Shown piece after piece: positions 26,701 through 39,062 of a stretch of DNA of 64,000 nucleotides (position 1 is its first letter; each line of letters begins with the position of its first letter). The notes beneath the pieces were generated by a model, which saw nothing but the letters and a program-made list of their open reading frames with translations, had not been told where the DNA came from and made no database searches. The position numbers and the translations under genes were made by a program. Source of the DNA: Lytechinus pictus (Eukaryota). The stretch lies in contig NC_087246.1 of the NCBI RefSeq assembly GCF_037042905.1, forward strand, positions 5,086,001 to 5,150,000. Direction: 5' to 3'.

Positions 26701-29700
26701 ATTTTTTTCAAGGGGCCCCCAGGGATATCCCGACGGCCTAGCCAGGGTAACCACGTATCCTAACTTGTAGAACTCGACTCGGGCAACCAGATAAACACTA
26801 GCTTGACCCGGCGCATGCACATTTAGGGGGCTCAAATTAACAAAATTAAAGGGAATAAAGGGCTATTTAGAGCATTATTTTAATTTAAAAAAAGTATTTT
26901 TTTCAAGGGGCCCCCAGGGATATCCCGACGGCCTAGCCAGGGTAACCACGTATCCTAACTTGTAGAACTCGACTCGGGCAACCAGATAAACACTAGCTTG
27001 ACCCGGCGCATGCACATTTAGGGGGCTCAAATTAACAAAATTAAAGGGAATAAAGGGCTATTTAGAGCATTATTTTAATTTAAAAAAAGTATTTTTTTCA
27101 AGGGGCCCCCAGGGATATCCCGACGGCCTAGCCAGGGTAACCACGTATCCTAACTTGTAGAACTCGACTCGGGCAACCAGATAAACACTAGCTTGACCCG
27201 GCGCATGCACATTTAGGGGGCTCAAATTAACAAAATTAAAGGGAATAAAGGGCTATTTAGAGCATTATTTTAATTTAAAAAAAGTATTTTTTTCAAGGGG
27301 CCCCCAGGGATATCCCGACGGCCTAGCCAGGGTAACCACGTATCCTAACTTGTAGAACTCGACTCGGGCAACCAGATAAACACTAGCTTGACCCGGCGCA
27401 TGCACATTTAGGGGGCTCAAATTAACAAAATTAAAGGGAATAAAGGGCTATTTAGAGCATTATTTTAATTTAAAAAAAGTATTTTTTTCAAGGGGCCCCC
27501 AGGGATATCCCGACGGCCTAGCCAGGGTAACCACGTATCCTAACTTGTAGAACTCGACTCGGGCAACCAGATAAACACTAGCTTGACCCGGCGCATGCAC
27601 ATTTAGGGGGCTCAAATTAACAAAATTAAAGGGAATAAAGGGCTATTTAGAGCATTATTTTAATTTAAAAAAAGTATTTTTTTCAAGGGGCCCCCAGGGA
27701 TATCCCGACGGCCTAGCCAGGGTAACCACGTATCCTAACTTGTAGAACTCGACTCGGGCAACCAGATAAACACTAGCTTGACCCGGCGCATGCACATTTA
27801 GGGGGCTCAAATTAACAAAATTAAAGGGAATAAAGGGCTATTTAGAGCATTATTTTAATTTAAAAAAAGTATTTTTTTCAAGGGGCCCCCAGGGATATCC
27901 CGACGGCCTAGCCAGGGTAACCACGTATCCTAACTTGTAGAACTCGACTCGGGCAACCAGATAAACACTAGCTTGACCCGGCGCATGCACATTTAGGGGG
28001 CTCAAATTAACAAAATTAAAGGGAATAAAGGGCTATTTAGAGCATTATTTTAATTTAAAAAAAGTATTTTTTTCAAGGGGCCCCCAGGGATATCCCGACG
28101 GCCTAGCCAGGGTAACCACGTATCCTAACTTGTAGAACTCGACTCGGGCAACCAGATAAACACTAGCTTGACCCGGCGCATGCACATTTAGGGGGCTCAA
28201 ATTAACAAAATTAAAGGGAATAAAGGGCTATTTAGAGCATTATTTTAATTTAAAAAAAGTATTTTTTTCAAGGGGCCCCCAGGGATATCCCGACGGCCTA
28301 GCCAGGGTAACCACGTATCCTAACTTGTAGAACTCGACTCGGGCAACCAGATAAACACTAGCTTGACCCGGCGCATGCACATTTAGGGGGCTCAAATTAA
28401 CAAAATTAAAGGGAATAAAGGGCTATTTAGAGCATTATTTTAATTTAAAAAAAGTATTTTTTTCAAGGGGCCCCCAGGGATATCCCGACGGCCTAGCCAG
28501 GGTAACCACGTATCCTAACTTGTAGAACTCGACTCGGGCAACCAGATAAACACTAGCTTGACCCGGCGCATGCACATTTAGGGGGCTCAAATTAACAAAA
28601 TTAAAGGGAATAAAGGGCTATTTAGAGCATTATTTTAATTTAAAAAAAGTATTTTTTTCAAGGGGCCCCCAGGGATATCCCGACGGCCTAGCCAGGGTAA
28701 CCACGTATCCTAACTTGTAGAACTCGACTCGGGCAACCAGATAAACACTAGCTTGACCCGGCGCATGCACATTTAGGGGGCTCAAATTAACAAAATTAAA
28801 GGGAATAAAGGGCTATTTAGAGCATTATTTTAATTTAAAAAAAGTATTTTTTTCAAGGGGCCCCCAGGGATATCCCGACGGCCTAGCCAGGGTAACCACG
28901 TATCCTAACTTGTAGAACTCGACTCGGGCAACCAGATAAACACTAGCTTGACCCGGCGCATGCACATTTAGGGGGCTCAAATTAACAAAATTAAAGGGAA
29001 TAAAGGGCTATTTAGAGCATTATTTTAATTTAAAAAAAGTATTTTTTTCAAGGGGCCCCCAGGGATATCCCGACGGCCTAGCCAGGGTAACCACGTATCC
29101 TAACTTGTAGAACTCGACTCGGGCAACCAGATAAACACTAGCTTGACCCGGCGCATGCACATTTAGGGGGCTCAAATTAACAAAATTAAAGGGAATAAAG
29201 GGCTATTTAGAGCATTATTTTAATTTAAAAAAAGTATTTTTTTCAAGGGGCCCCCAGGGATATCCCGACGGCCTAGCCAGGGTAACCACGTATCCTAACT
29301 TGTAGAACTCGACTCGGGCAACCAGATAAACACTAGCTTGACCCGGCGCATGCACATTTAGGGGGCTCAAATTAACAAAATTAAAGGGAATAAAGGGCTA
29401 TTTAGAGCATTATTTTAATTTAAAAAAAGTATTTTTTTCAAGGGGCCCCCAGGGATATCCCGACGGCCTAGCCAGGGTAACCACGTATCCTAACTTGTAG
29501 AACTCGACTCGGGCAACCAGATAAACACTAGCTTGACCCGGCGCATGCACATTTAGGGGGCTCAAATTAACAAAATTAAAGGGAATAAAGGGCTATTTAG
29601 AGCATTATTTTAATTTAAAAAAAGTATTTTTTTCAAGGGGCCCCCAGGGATATCCCGACGGCCTAGCCAGGGTAACCACGTATCCTAACTTGTAGAACTC

Positions 29701-32290
29701 GACTCGGGCAACCAGATAAACACTAGCTTGACCCGGCGCATGCACATTTAGGGGGCTCAAATTAACAAAATTAAAGGGAATAAAGGGCTATTTAGAGCAT
29801 TATTTTAATTTAAAAAAAGTATTTTTTTCAAGGGGCCCCCAGGGATATCCCGACGGCCTAGCCAGGGTAACCACGTATCCTAACTTGTAGAACTCGACTC
29901 GGGCAACCAGATAAACACTAGCTTGACCCGGCGCATGCACATTTAGGGGGCTCAAATTAACAAAATTAAAGGGAATAAAGGGCTATTTAGAGCATTATTT
30001 TAATTTAAAAAAAGTATTTTTTTCAAGGGGCCCCCAGGGATATCCCGACGGCCTAGCCAGGGTAACCACGTATCCTAACTTGTAGAACTCGACTCGGGCA
30101 ACCAGATAAACACTAGCTTGACCCGGCGCATGCACATTTAGGGGGCTCAAATTAACAAAATTAAAGGGAATAAAGGGCTATTTAGAGCATTATTTTAATT
30201 TAAAAAAAGTATTTTTTTCAAGGGGCCCCCAGGGATATCCCGACGGCCTAGCCAGGGTAACCACGTATCCTAACTTGTAGAACTCGACTCGGGCAACCAG
30301 ATAAACACTAGCTTGACCCGGCGCATGCACATTTAGGGGGCTCAAATTAACAAAATTAAAGGGAATAAAGGGCTATTTAGAGCATTATTTTAATTTAAAA
30401 AAAGTATTTTTTTCAAGGGGCCCCCAGGGATATCCCGACGGCCTAGCCAGGGTAACCACGTATCCTAACTTGTAGAACTCGACTCGGGCAACCAGATAAA
30501 CACTAGCTTGACCCGGCGCATGCACATTTAGGGGGCTCAAATTAACAAAATTAAAGGGAATAAAGGGCTATTTAGAGCATTATTTTAATTTAAAAAAAGT
30601 ATTTTTTTCAAGGGGCCCCCAGGGATATCCCGACGGCCTAGCCAGGGTAACCACGTATCCTAACTTGTAGAACTCGACTCGGGCAACCAGATAAACACTA
30701 GCTTGACCCGGCGCATGCACATTTAGGGGGCTCAAATTAACAAAATTAAAGGGAATAAAGGGCTATTTAGAGCATTATTTTAATTTAAAAAAAGTATTTT
30801 TTTCAAGGGGCCCCCAGGGATATCCCGACGGCCTAGCCAGGGTAACCACGTATCCTAACTTGTAGAACTCGACTCGGGCAACCAGATAAACACTAGCTTG
30901 ACCCGGCGCATGCACATTTAGGGGGCTCAAATTAACAAAATTAAAGGGAATAAAGGGCTATTTAGAGCATTATTTTAATTTAAAAAAAGTATTTTTTTCA
31001 AGGGGCCCCCAGGGATATCCCGACGGCCTAGCCAGGGTAACCACGTATCCTAACTTGTAGAACTCGACTCGGGCAACCAGATAAACACTAGCTTGACCCG
31101 GCGCATGCACATTTAGGGGGCTCAAATTAACAAAATTAAAGGGAATAAAGGGCTATTTAGAGCATTATTTTAATTTAAAAAAAGTATTTTTTTCAAGGGG
31201 CCCCCAGGGATATCCCGACGGCCTAGCCAGGGTAACCACGTATCCTAACTTGTAGAACTCGACTCGGGCAACCAGATAAACACTAGCTTGACCCGGCGCA
31301 TGCACATTTAGGGGGCTCAAATTAACCAAATTAAAGGGAATAAAGGGCTATTTAGAGCATTATTTTAATTTAAAAAAAGTATTTTTTTCAAGGGGCCCCC
31401 AGGGATATCCCGACGGCCTAGCCAGGGTAACCACGTATCCTAACTTGTAGAACTCGACTCGGGCAACCAGATAAACACTAGCTTGACCCGGCGCATGCAC
31501 ATTTAGGGGGCTCAAATTAACCAAATTAAAGGGAATAAAGGGCTATTTAGAGCATTATTTTAATTTAAAAAAAGTATTTTTTTCAAGGGGCCCCCAGGGA
31601 TATCCCGACGGCCTAGCCAGGGTAACCACGTATCCTAACTTGTAGAACTCGACTCGGGCAACCAGATAAACACTAGCTTGACCCGGCGCATGCACATTTA
31701 GGGGGCTCAAATTAACAAAATTAAAGGGAATAAAGGGCTATTTAGAGCATTATTTTAATTTAAAAAAAGTATTTTTTTCAAGGGGCCCCCAGGGATATCC
31801 CGACGGCCTAGCCAGGGTAACCACGTATCCTAACTTGTAGAACTCGACTCGGGCAACCAGATAAACACTAGCTTGACCCGGCGCATGCACATTTAGGGGG
31901 CTCAAATTAACCAAATTAAAGGGAATAAAGGGCTATTTAGAGCATTATTTTAATTTAAAAAAAGTATTTTTTTCAAGGGGCCCCCAGGGATATCCCGACG
32001 GCCTAGCCAGGGTAACCACGTATCCTAACTTGTAGAACTCGACTCGGGCAACCAGATAAACACTAGCTTGACCCGGCGCATGCACATTTAGGGGGCTCAA
32101 ATTAACAAAATTAAAGGGAATAAAGGGCTATTTAGAGCATTATTTTAATTTAAAAAAAGTATTTTTTTCAAGGGGCCCCCAGGGATATCCCGACGGCCTA
32201 GCCAGGGTAACCACGTATCCTAACTTGTAGAACTCGACTCGGGCAACCAGATAAACACTAGCTTGACCCGGCGCATGCACATTTAGGGGG
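20760..32290 (+). repeat. 195-bp tandem satellite, left arm, ~58-59 copies
   Basis: Line pattern recurs every 780 bp (4 x 195); unit GGGCCCCCAGGGATATCCCGACGGCCTAGCC...TTTAAAAAAAGTATTTTTTTCAAG; the first few units are diverged and the rest nearly identical. Confidence 0.97.
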
Positions 32291-34239
32291 CAACTCGGTT
32301 AAAGCATCTCATGAGCAGATCTTATTCATCTATTATTCTCAGTCCTAATTCCTCCGCCAATAAAATAGTTCCGAAAGCTGTGTGACACATGTGTTTTTCT
32401 TTCATTTGCTCAAAATATGTTCAGTGGTTGCCCATTCTTTGTTTTTAGAATCAGTCTAATCATTATACATACTCTTTTTTGTAATCAGCTTACAAAATAA
32501 CAAAAATGAGAATGGGTTGGGTCGAATGAATATCTTTAGCCTTCTGTTGTAGATCGTCATCTCTTAGAGAAAAGATTGGTGCGTATATTAATAGAAAACG
32601 TATCGTCTAAATATAAAGTATGAGTATAAAGCTCCTCTAATCTTCGAATAATTCTCATTAGACATTTTCTTTTGCATGGGTAGCCTTCCATTTAATTAAT
32701 CAGCAAGGAGTTATACCCCTCCAATGAACTTTCATGAACTAAAATGTCTCTTTTAGACGATATCGCGTGACTAATTTCAAAGCTATTGATTGATTGATTG
32801 ATTCATCGATTAAATTTCCAAAGCGACTATCACATAATTAGAATTTAATTTCAAAATCATTTTAAAAGTCCAAAATTTTCAGGCTCGCTTCGCTCGCTGG
32901 CGACTTTTTCAAATTATTCCACATTTGCTATGTTGTGCTGCCTCAACATATTTCGTTTATTATCCGCAACTGCGTTGAACTTAATATAATATGTGGTGTA
33001 TGTACCCGCGATTTGCTAAAAAATGGCCATCTGCAATGTTTAAAAATATCACGAGGTTCCGGGGGCTCCGCCCCAGACCAGTAGCGCCACCGAATGGGAG
33101 GCCCCAGTGAGTTGCCCCCCCCCCCCCCCCGAAATTTAAAGGAAAAAAATGTATAGTAAACGTCGTCATAATTCTCCAAAAATGTTTTTTGTTCTTTAAA
33201 TTTTAAAAATGTTCTCATCCATTCACCGTTAGCATTTAGCTCCCAACAATTTTGGTCACTAACAGGCCATTATATAAAATTCGAAATGTCGCTCGCAAAT
33301 ATTAATGATTGAGATAAGTAAATTATATGTTCACATGGGGCTTAAAAATCCAATGTTATTAGAGTTTTCATTATTTGTTTTAAGCGAGATACATATCCTG
33401 CGTATTCATAATTTTCATAAATGAAATATTTTCAGCGAATTAGATAGCCTTTCATTTCATAATTACAGAATGGTCTTAGAATGGCCAGGTATTTACCCGG
33501 ATATCAAAAATTTTTAGCTCGCGCTTCGCGCTCGCATTATTTATTTGGTGAGATATCATCTACATGACCCAATTAATGCAAACAACTAATCTTTAAAAGG
33601 TCCCTTTTCGATTCCATAGGGACTGCATTTGATTTAAAATTAGCTCGCGCTTCTCGCTCGATTTATAAAAAATTGTGTGTCACCCCCGGCCCCAAAATGT
33701 TATTTTGCCTCCTCCTAGGTTAAAAACCCTGGTGCCGTCATTGCCCCGGACCCGATCCGTATAGCACTGCCCCCCCAAAAAAAGTTCTACAACCGAGAAC
33801 AAAAAAGAAATGATAAAAGGGAAGAAAGGAATGAAAGTTAAAAGATATGATGTCATTTTCTGCATACCATGTCAAAATCAATCTCAAAGATAAAGGTGAT
33901 TTTTTTTTCTCGCTCGCTTCGCTCGCTCGAGACTTATTATTAAGCAATTTTTTTCTTTCTCTGCGCGCCATGGTGTGCCCCCTCTTTTATGTTCTAATCA
34001 CGCATTGCACTTCGCCCTAATGCTCGGGGCATAATCATAAAACATCCTGATCATACAATGTTATGACCCCTCCGTTCTCCTTTCTATCTCTCCCTTTCCC
34101 CCTCCTTTTCTTTCCTATCTCTCCCTTTCGCTTCTCTCTCTTCTATTTTATCTTCTCTCTTTCCTTGTTGTTTTTTACTCTACCCACTGGCGGCACCAAG
34201 GGATGGGGGAAAAGTCAGGACCGTGGTTCCCCATGCTTA

Positions 34240-37200
34240 AAAAAGCCCTATATTCCTTTGATTTGGTTAATTTGAGCCCCCTAAATGTGCATGCGCCGAA
34301 TCAAGCTAGTGTGAATCTGGTTGCCCGGATCAAGTTCTACAAGTTAGGATACGTGGTTACCCTGGCTAGGCCGTCGGGATATCCCTGGGGGCCCCTTTAA
34401 AAAATACTTTTTTTTAATTAAAAAAAGCGATAAATAGCGCCTTATTCCTTTAATTTTGTTAATTTGAGCCCCCTAAAATTACATGCACCGGGTCAAACTA
34501 GTGTTTATCTGGTTGCCCGAGTCGAGTTCTACAAGTTAGGATACATGGTTACCCCGGCTAGGCCGTCGGGATATCCCATGGGGGCCCCTGAAAAATACTT
34601 TTTTTATTTAAAAAAATGCGATAAATAGCCCTTTGTTCCTTTAATTTTGTTAATTTGAGCCCCCTTAATGTGCATGCACCGGGTCAAACTAGTGTTTATA
34701 TGGTTGCCCGAGTCGAATTGTAAAAGAAAAAATACGTGGTTACCCTTGCTAGGCCGTCGAAATATCTCTGGGGGACTTTGAAAAAAATAGTTTTTTTAAA
34801 TTAAAAAAAGGCGATAAATAGCCCTTTAGTCCTCTTATTTTGTCAATTTGAGCCCCCTAAATACGCATGCACCGGGTCAAACTAGTGTTTATCTGGTTGC
34901 CCGAATCGAGTTCTACAAGTTAGGATACGTGGTTACCCTGGCTAGGCCGTCGGGATATACCTGGGGCCCCTTGAAAAAATACTTTTTTTAAATTAAAAAA
35001 ATACGATAAATAGCCATTTGTTCCTTTAATTTTGTTAATTTGAGCCCCCTGAATGTGCATGCATTAGCCCCCTAAAAATGCATGCGCCGGGTCAAGCTAG
35101 TGTTTATCTGGTTGCCCGAGTCGAGTTCTACAAGTAAGGATCACTGAACTAGAAATACGTATTTCTAGTTCAGTGTTAAGGATACGTGGATACCCCGGCT
35201 AGGCCGTCGGGATGTCCCTGGGGGCCCTTTGAAAAAAATACTTTTTTTAAATTAAAATAATGCTCTAAATAGCCCTTTATTCCCTTTAATTTTGTTAATT
35301 TGAGCCCCCTAAATGTGCATGCGCCGGGCCAAGCTAGTGTTTATCTGGTTGCCCGAGTCGAGTTCTACAAGTTAGGATACGTGGTTACCCTGGCTAGGCC
35401 GTCGGGATATCCCTGGGGGCTCCTTGAAAAAAATACTTTTTTAAAATTAAAATAATGCTCTAAATAGCCCTTTATTCCCTTTAATTTTGTTAATTTGAGC
35501 CCCCTAAATGTGCATGCACCGGGTCAAGCTAGTGTTTATCTGGTTGCCCAAGTCGAGTTCTACAAGTTAGGTTACGTGGTTACTCTGGCTTGGCCGTCGG
35601 GATATCCCTGGGGGCTCCTTGAAAAAAATACGTTTTTAAAATTAAAATAATGCTCTAAATAGCCCTTTATTCCCTTTAATTTTGTTAATTTGAGCCCCCT
35701 AAATGTGCATGCGCCGGGTCAAGCTAGTGTTATCTGGTTGTCCGAGTCGAGTTCTACAAGTTAGGATACGTGGTTACCATGGCTAGGCCGTCGGGATATC
35801 CCTGCGGGCCCCTTGAAAAAAATACTTTTTTTTAAATTAAATAATGCTCTAAATAGCCCTTTATTCCCTTTAATTTTGTTAATTTGAGCTCCCTAAATGT
35901 GCATGCGCCGGGTCAAACTAGTGTTTATCTGGTTGCTCGAGTCGAGTTCTACAAGTTAGGATACGTGCTTACCCTGGCTAGGCCGTCGGGATATCCCTGG
36001 GGGCTCCTTGAAAAAAATACTTTTTTAAAATTAAAATAATGCTCTAAATAGCCCTTTATTCCCTTTAATTTTGTTAATTTGAGCCCCCTAAATGTGCATG
36101 CGCCGGGTCAAGCTAGTGTTTATCTGGTTGCCCGAGTCGAGTTCTACAAGTTAGGATACGTGGTTACCATGGCTAGGCCGTCGGGATATCCCTGCGGGCC
36201 CCTTGAAAAAAATAATTTTTTTTGAATTAAATAATGCTCTAAATAGCCCTCTATTCCCTTTAATTTTGTTAATTTGAGCTCCCTAAATGTGCATGCGCCG
36301 GGTCAAGCTAGTGTTTATCTGGTTGCTCGAGTCGAGTTCTACAGGTTAGGATACGTGGTTACCCTGACTAGGCCGTAAGGATATCCTTGGGGGCTCCTTG
36401 AAAAAAATACTTTTTTTTTAATTAAAATAATGCTCTAAATAGCCCTTTATTCCCTTTAATTTTGTTAATTTGAGCCCCCTAATTGTGCATGCACCGGGTC
36501 AAGCTAGTGTTTATCCGGTTGCCCGAGTTGAGTTCTACAAGTTAGGATAGGTGGTTACCCTGGCTAGGCCGTCGGGATATCCCTGGGGGCCCCTTGATAA
36601 AAATACTTTTTTTTTAATTAAAATAATGCTCTAAATAGCCCTTTATTCCCTTTAATTTTGTTAATTTGAGCCCCCTAAATGTGCATGCGCCGGGTCAAGC
36701 TAGTGTTTATCTGGTTGCCCGAGTCGAGTTCTACAAGTTAGGATACGTGGTTACCCTGTCTAGGCCGTCGGGATATCCCTGGGGGCTCCTTGAAAAAAAT
36801 ACTTTTTTAAAATTAAAATAATGCTCTAAATAGCCCTTTATTCCCTTTAATTTTGTTAATTTGAGCCCCCTAAATGTGCATGCACCGGGTCAAGCTAGTG
36901 TTTATCTGGTTGCCCGAGTTGAGTTCTACAAGTTAGGATAGTTGGTTACCCTGGCTAGGCCGTCGGGATATCCCTGGGGGCCCCTTGATAAAAATACTTT
37001 TTAAAATTAAAATAATGCTCTAAATAGCCCTTTATTCCCTTTAATTTGGTTAATTTGAGTCCCCTAAATGTGCATGCGCCGGGTCAAAGTGGTGTTTATC
37101 TGGTTGCCCGAGTCGAGTTCTACAAGTTAGGATACGTGGTTACCCTGGCTAGGCCGTCGGGATATCCCTGGGGGCTCCTTGAAAAAAAATACTTTTTTTA

Positions 37201-39062
37201 AATTAAAATAATGCTCTAAATAGCCCTTTATTCCCTTTAATTTTGTTAATTTGAGCCCCCTAAATGTGCATGCACCGGGTCAAGCTAGTGTTTATCTGGT
37301 TGCCTGAGTCGAGTTCTACAAGTTAGGATACGTGGTTACCCTGGCTAGGCCGTCGGGATGTCCCTGGGGGCCCTTTGAAAAAATACTTTTTTAAAATTAA
37401 ATAATGCTCTAAATAGCCCTTTATTCCCTTTAATTTGGTTAATTTGAGCCCCCTAAATGTGCATGCGCCGGGTCAAGCTAGTGTTTATCTGGTTGCCCAA
37501 GTCGAGTTCTACAAGTTAGGATACGTGGTTACTCTGGCTTGGCCGTCGGGATATCCCTGGGGGCTCCTTGAAAAAAATACGTTTTTAAAATTAAAATAAT
37601 GCTCTAAATAGCCCTTTATTCCCTTTAATTTTGTTAATTTGAGCCCCCTAAATGTGCATGCGCCGGGTCAAGCTAGTGTTTATCTGGTTGTCCGAGTCGA
37701 GTTCTACAAGTTAGGATACGTGCTTACCCTGGCTAGGCCGTCGGGATATCCCTGGGGGCTCCTTGAAAAAAATACTTTTTTAAAATTAAAATAGTGCTCT
37801 AAATAGCCCTTTATTCCCTTTAATTTTGTTAATTTGAGCCCCCTAAATGTGCATGCGCCGGGTCAAGCTAGTGTTTATCTGGTTGCCCGAGTCGAGTTCT
37901 ACAAGTTAGGATACGTGGTTACCATGGCTAGGCCGTCGGGATATCCCTGCGGGCCCCTTGAAAAAAATACTTTTTTTTAAATTAAATAATGCTCTAAATA
38001 GCCCTTTATTCCCTTTAATTTTGTTAATTTGAGCTCCCTAAATGTGCATGCGCCGGGTCAAGCTAGTGTTTATCTGGTTGCTCGAGTCGAGTTCTACAGG
38101 TTAGGATACGTGGTTACCCTGACTAGGCCGTCGGAATATCCTTGGGGGCTCCTTGAAAAAAATACTTTTTTAAAATTAAAATAATGCTCTAAATAGCCCT
38201 TTATTCCCTTTAATTTTGTTAATTTGAGCCCCCTAAATGTGCATGTACCGGGTCAAGCTAGTGTTTATCCGGTTGCCCGAGTTGAGTTCTACAAGTTAGG
38301 ATACGTGGTTACCCTGGCTAGGCCGACGGGATGTCCCTGGGGGCCCTTTGAAAAAATACTTTTTTAAAATTAAATAATGCTCTAAATAGCCCTTTATTCC
38401 CTTTAATTTGGTTAATTTGAGCCCCCTAAATGTGCATGCGCCGGGTCAAGCTAGTGTTTATCCGGTTGCCCGAGTCGAGTTCTACAAGTTAGGATACGTG
38501 GTTACCCTGGCTAGGCCGTCGGGATGTCCCTGGGGGCCCTTTGAAAAAATACTTTTTTAAAATTAAATAATGCTCTAAATAGCCCTTTATTCCCTTTAAT
38601 TTGGTTAATTTGAGCCCCCTAAATGTGCATGCGCCGGGTCAAGCTAGTGTTTATCTGGTTGCCCAAGTCGAGTTCTACAAGTTAGGATACGTGGTTACTC
38701 TGGCTTGGCCGTCGGGATATCCCTGGGGGCTCCTTGAAAAAAATACGTTTTTAAAATTAAAATAATGCTCTAAATAGCCCTTTATTCCCTTTAATTTTGT
38801 TAATTTGAGCCCCCTAAATGTGCATGCGCCGGGTCAAGCTAGTGTTTATCTGGTTGTCCGAGTCGAGTTCTACAAGTTAGGATACGTGCTTACCCTGGCT
38901 AGGCCGTCGGGATATCCCTGGGGGCCCCTTGAAAAAAAAAAAACACTTTTTTTAAATTAAAATAATGCTCTAAATAGTCCTTTATTCCCTTTAATTTCGT
39001 TAATTTGAGTCCCCTAAATGTGCATGCGCCGGGTCAAGCTAGTCTTTATATGGTTGCCCGAG
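34240..39062 (-). repeat. 195-bp tandem satellite, right arm in inverted orientation, ~24-25 more diverged copies
   Basis: Reverse complement of the left-arm unit (…GAGCCCCCTAAATGTGCATGCGCCGGGTCAAGCTAG…) with many point variants. Confidence 0.97.
35142..35175. mobile_element. 34-bp perfect palindrome inserted in one satellite unit
   Basis: CACTGAACTAGAAATAC/GTATTTCTAGTTCAGTG flanked by GTAAGGAT and TTAAGGAT (7/8 duplication). Confidence 0.7.

Noticed and set aside
32291..34240. Transposase gene in the foldback loop
   Set aside because: Only short ORFs (<95 aa) over low-complexity or repeat sequence, with no DDE, THAP or zinc-finger motifs.
20760..39062. 195-bp arrays as a CRISPR array or a tandem RNA-gene cluster (5S, tRNA, snRNA)
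   Set aside because: Units repeat end to end with no unique spacers; the context is eukaryotic; I see no recognisable 5S, tRNA or snRNA sequence in the monomer.
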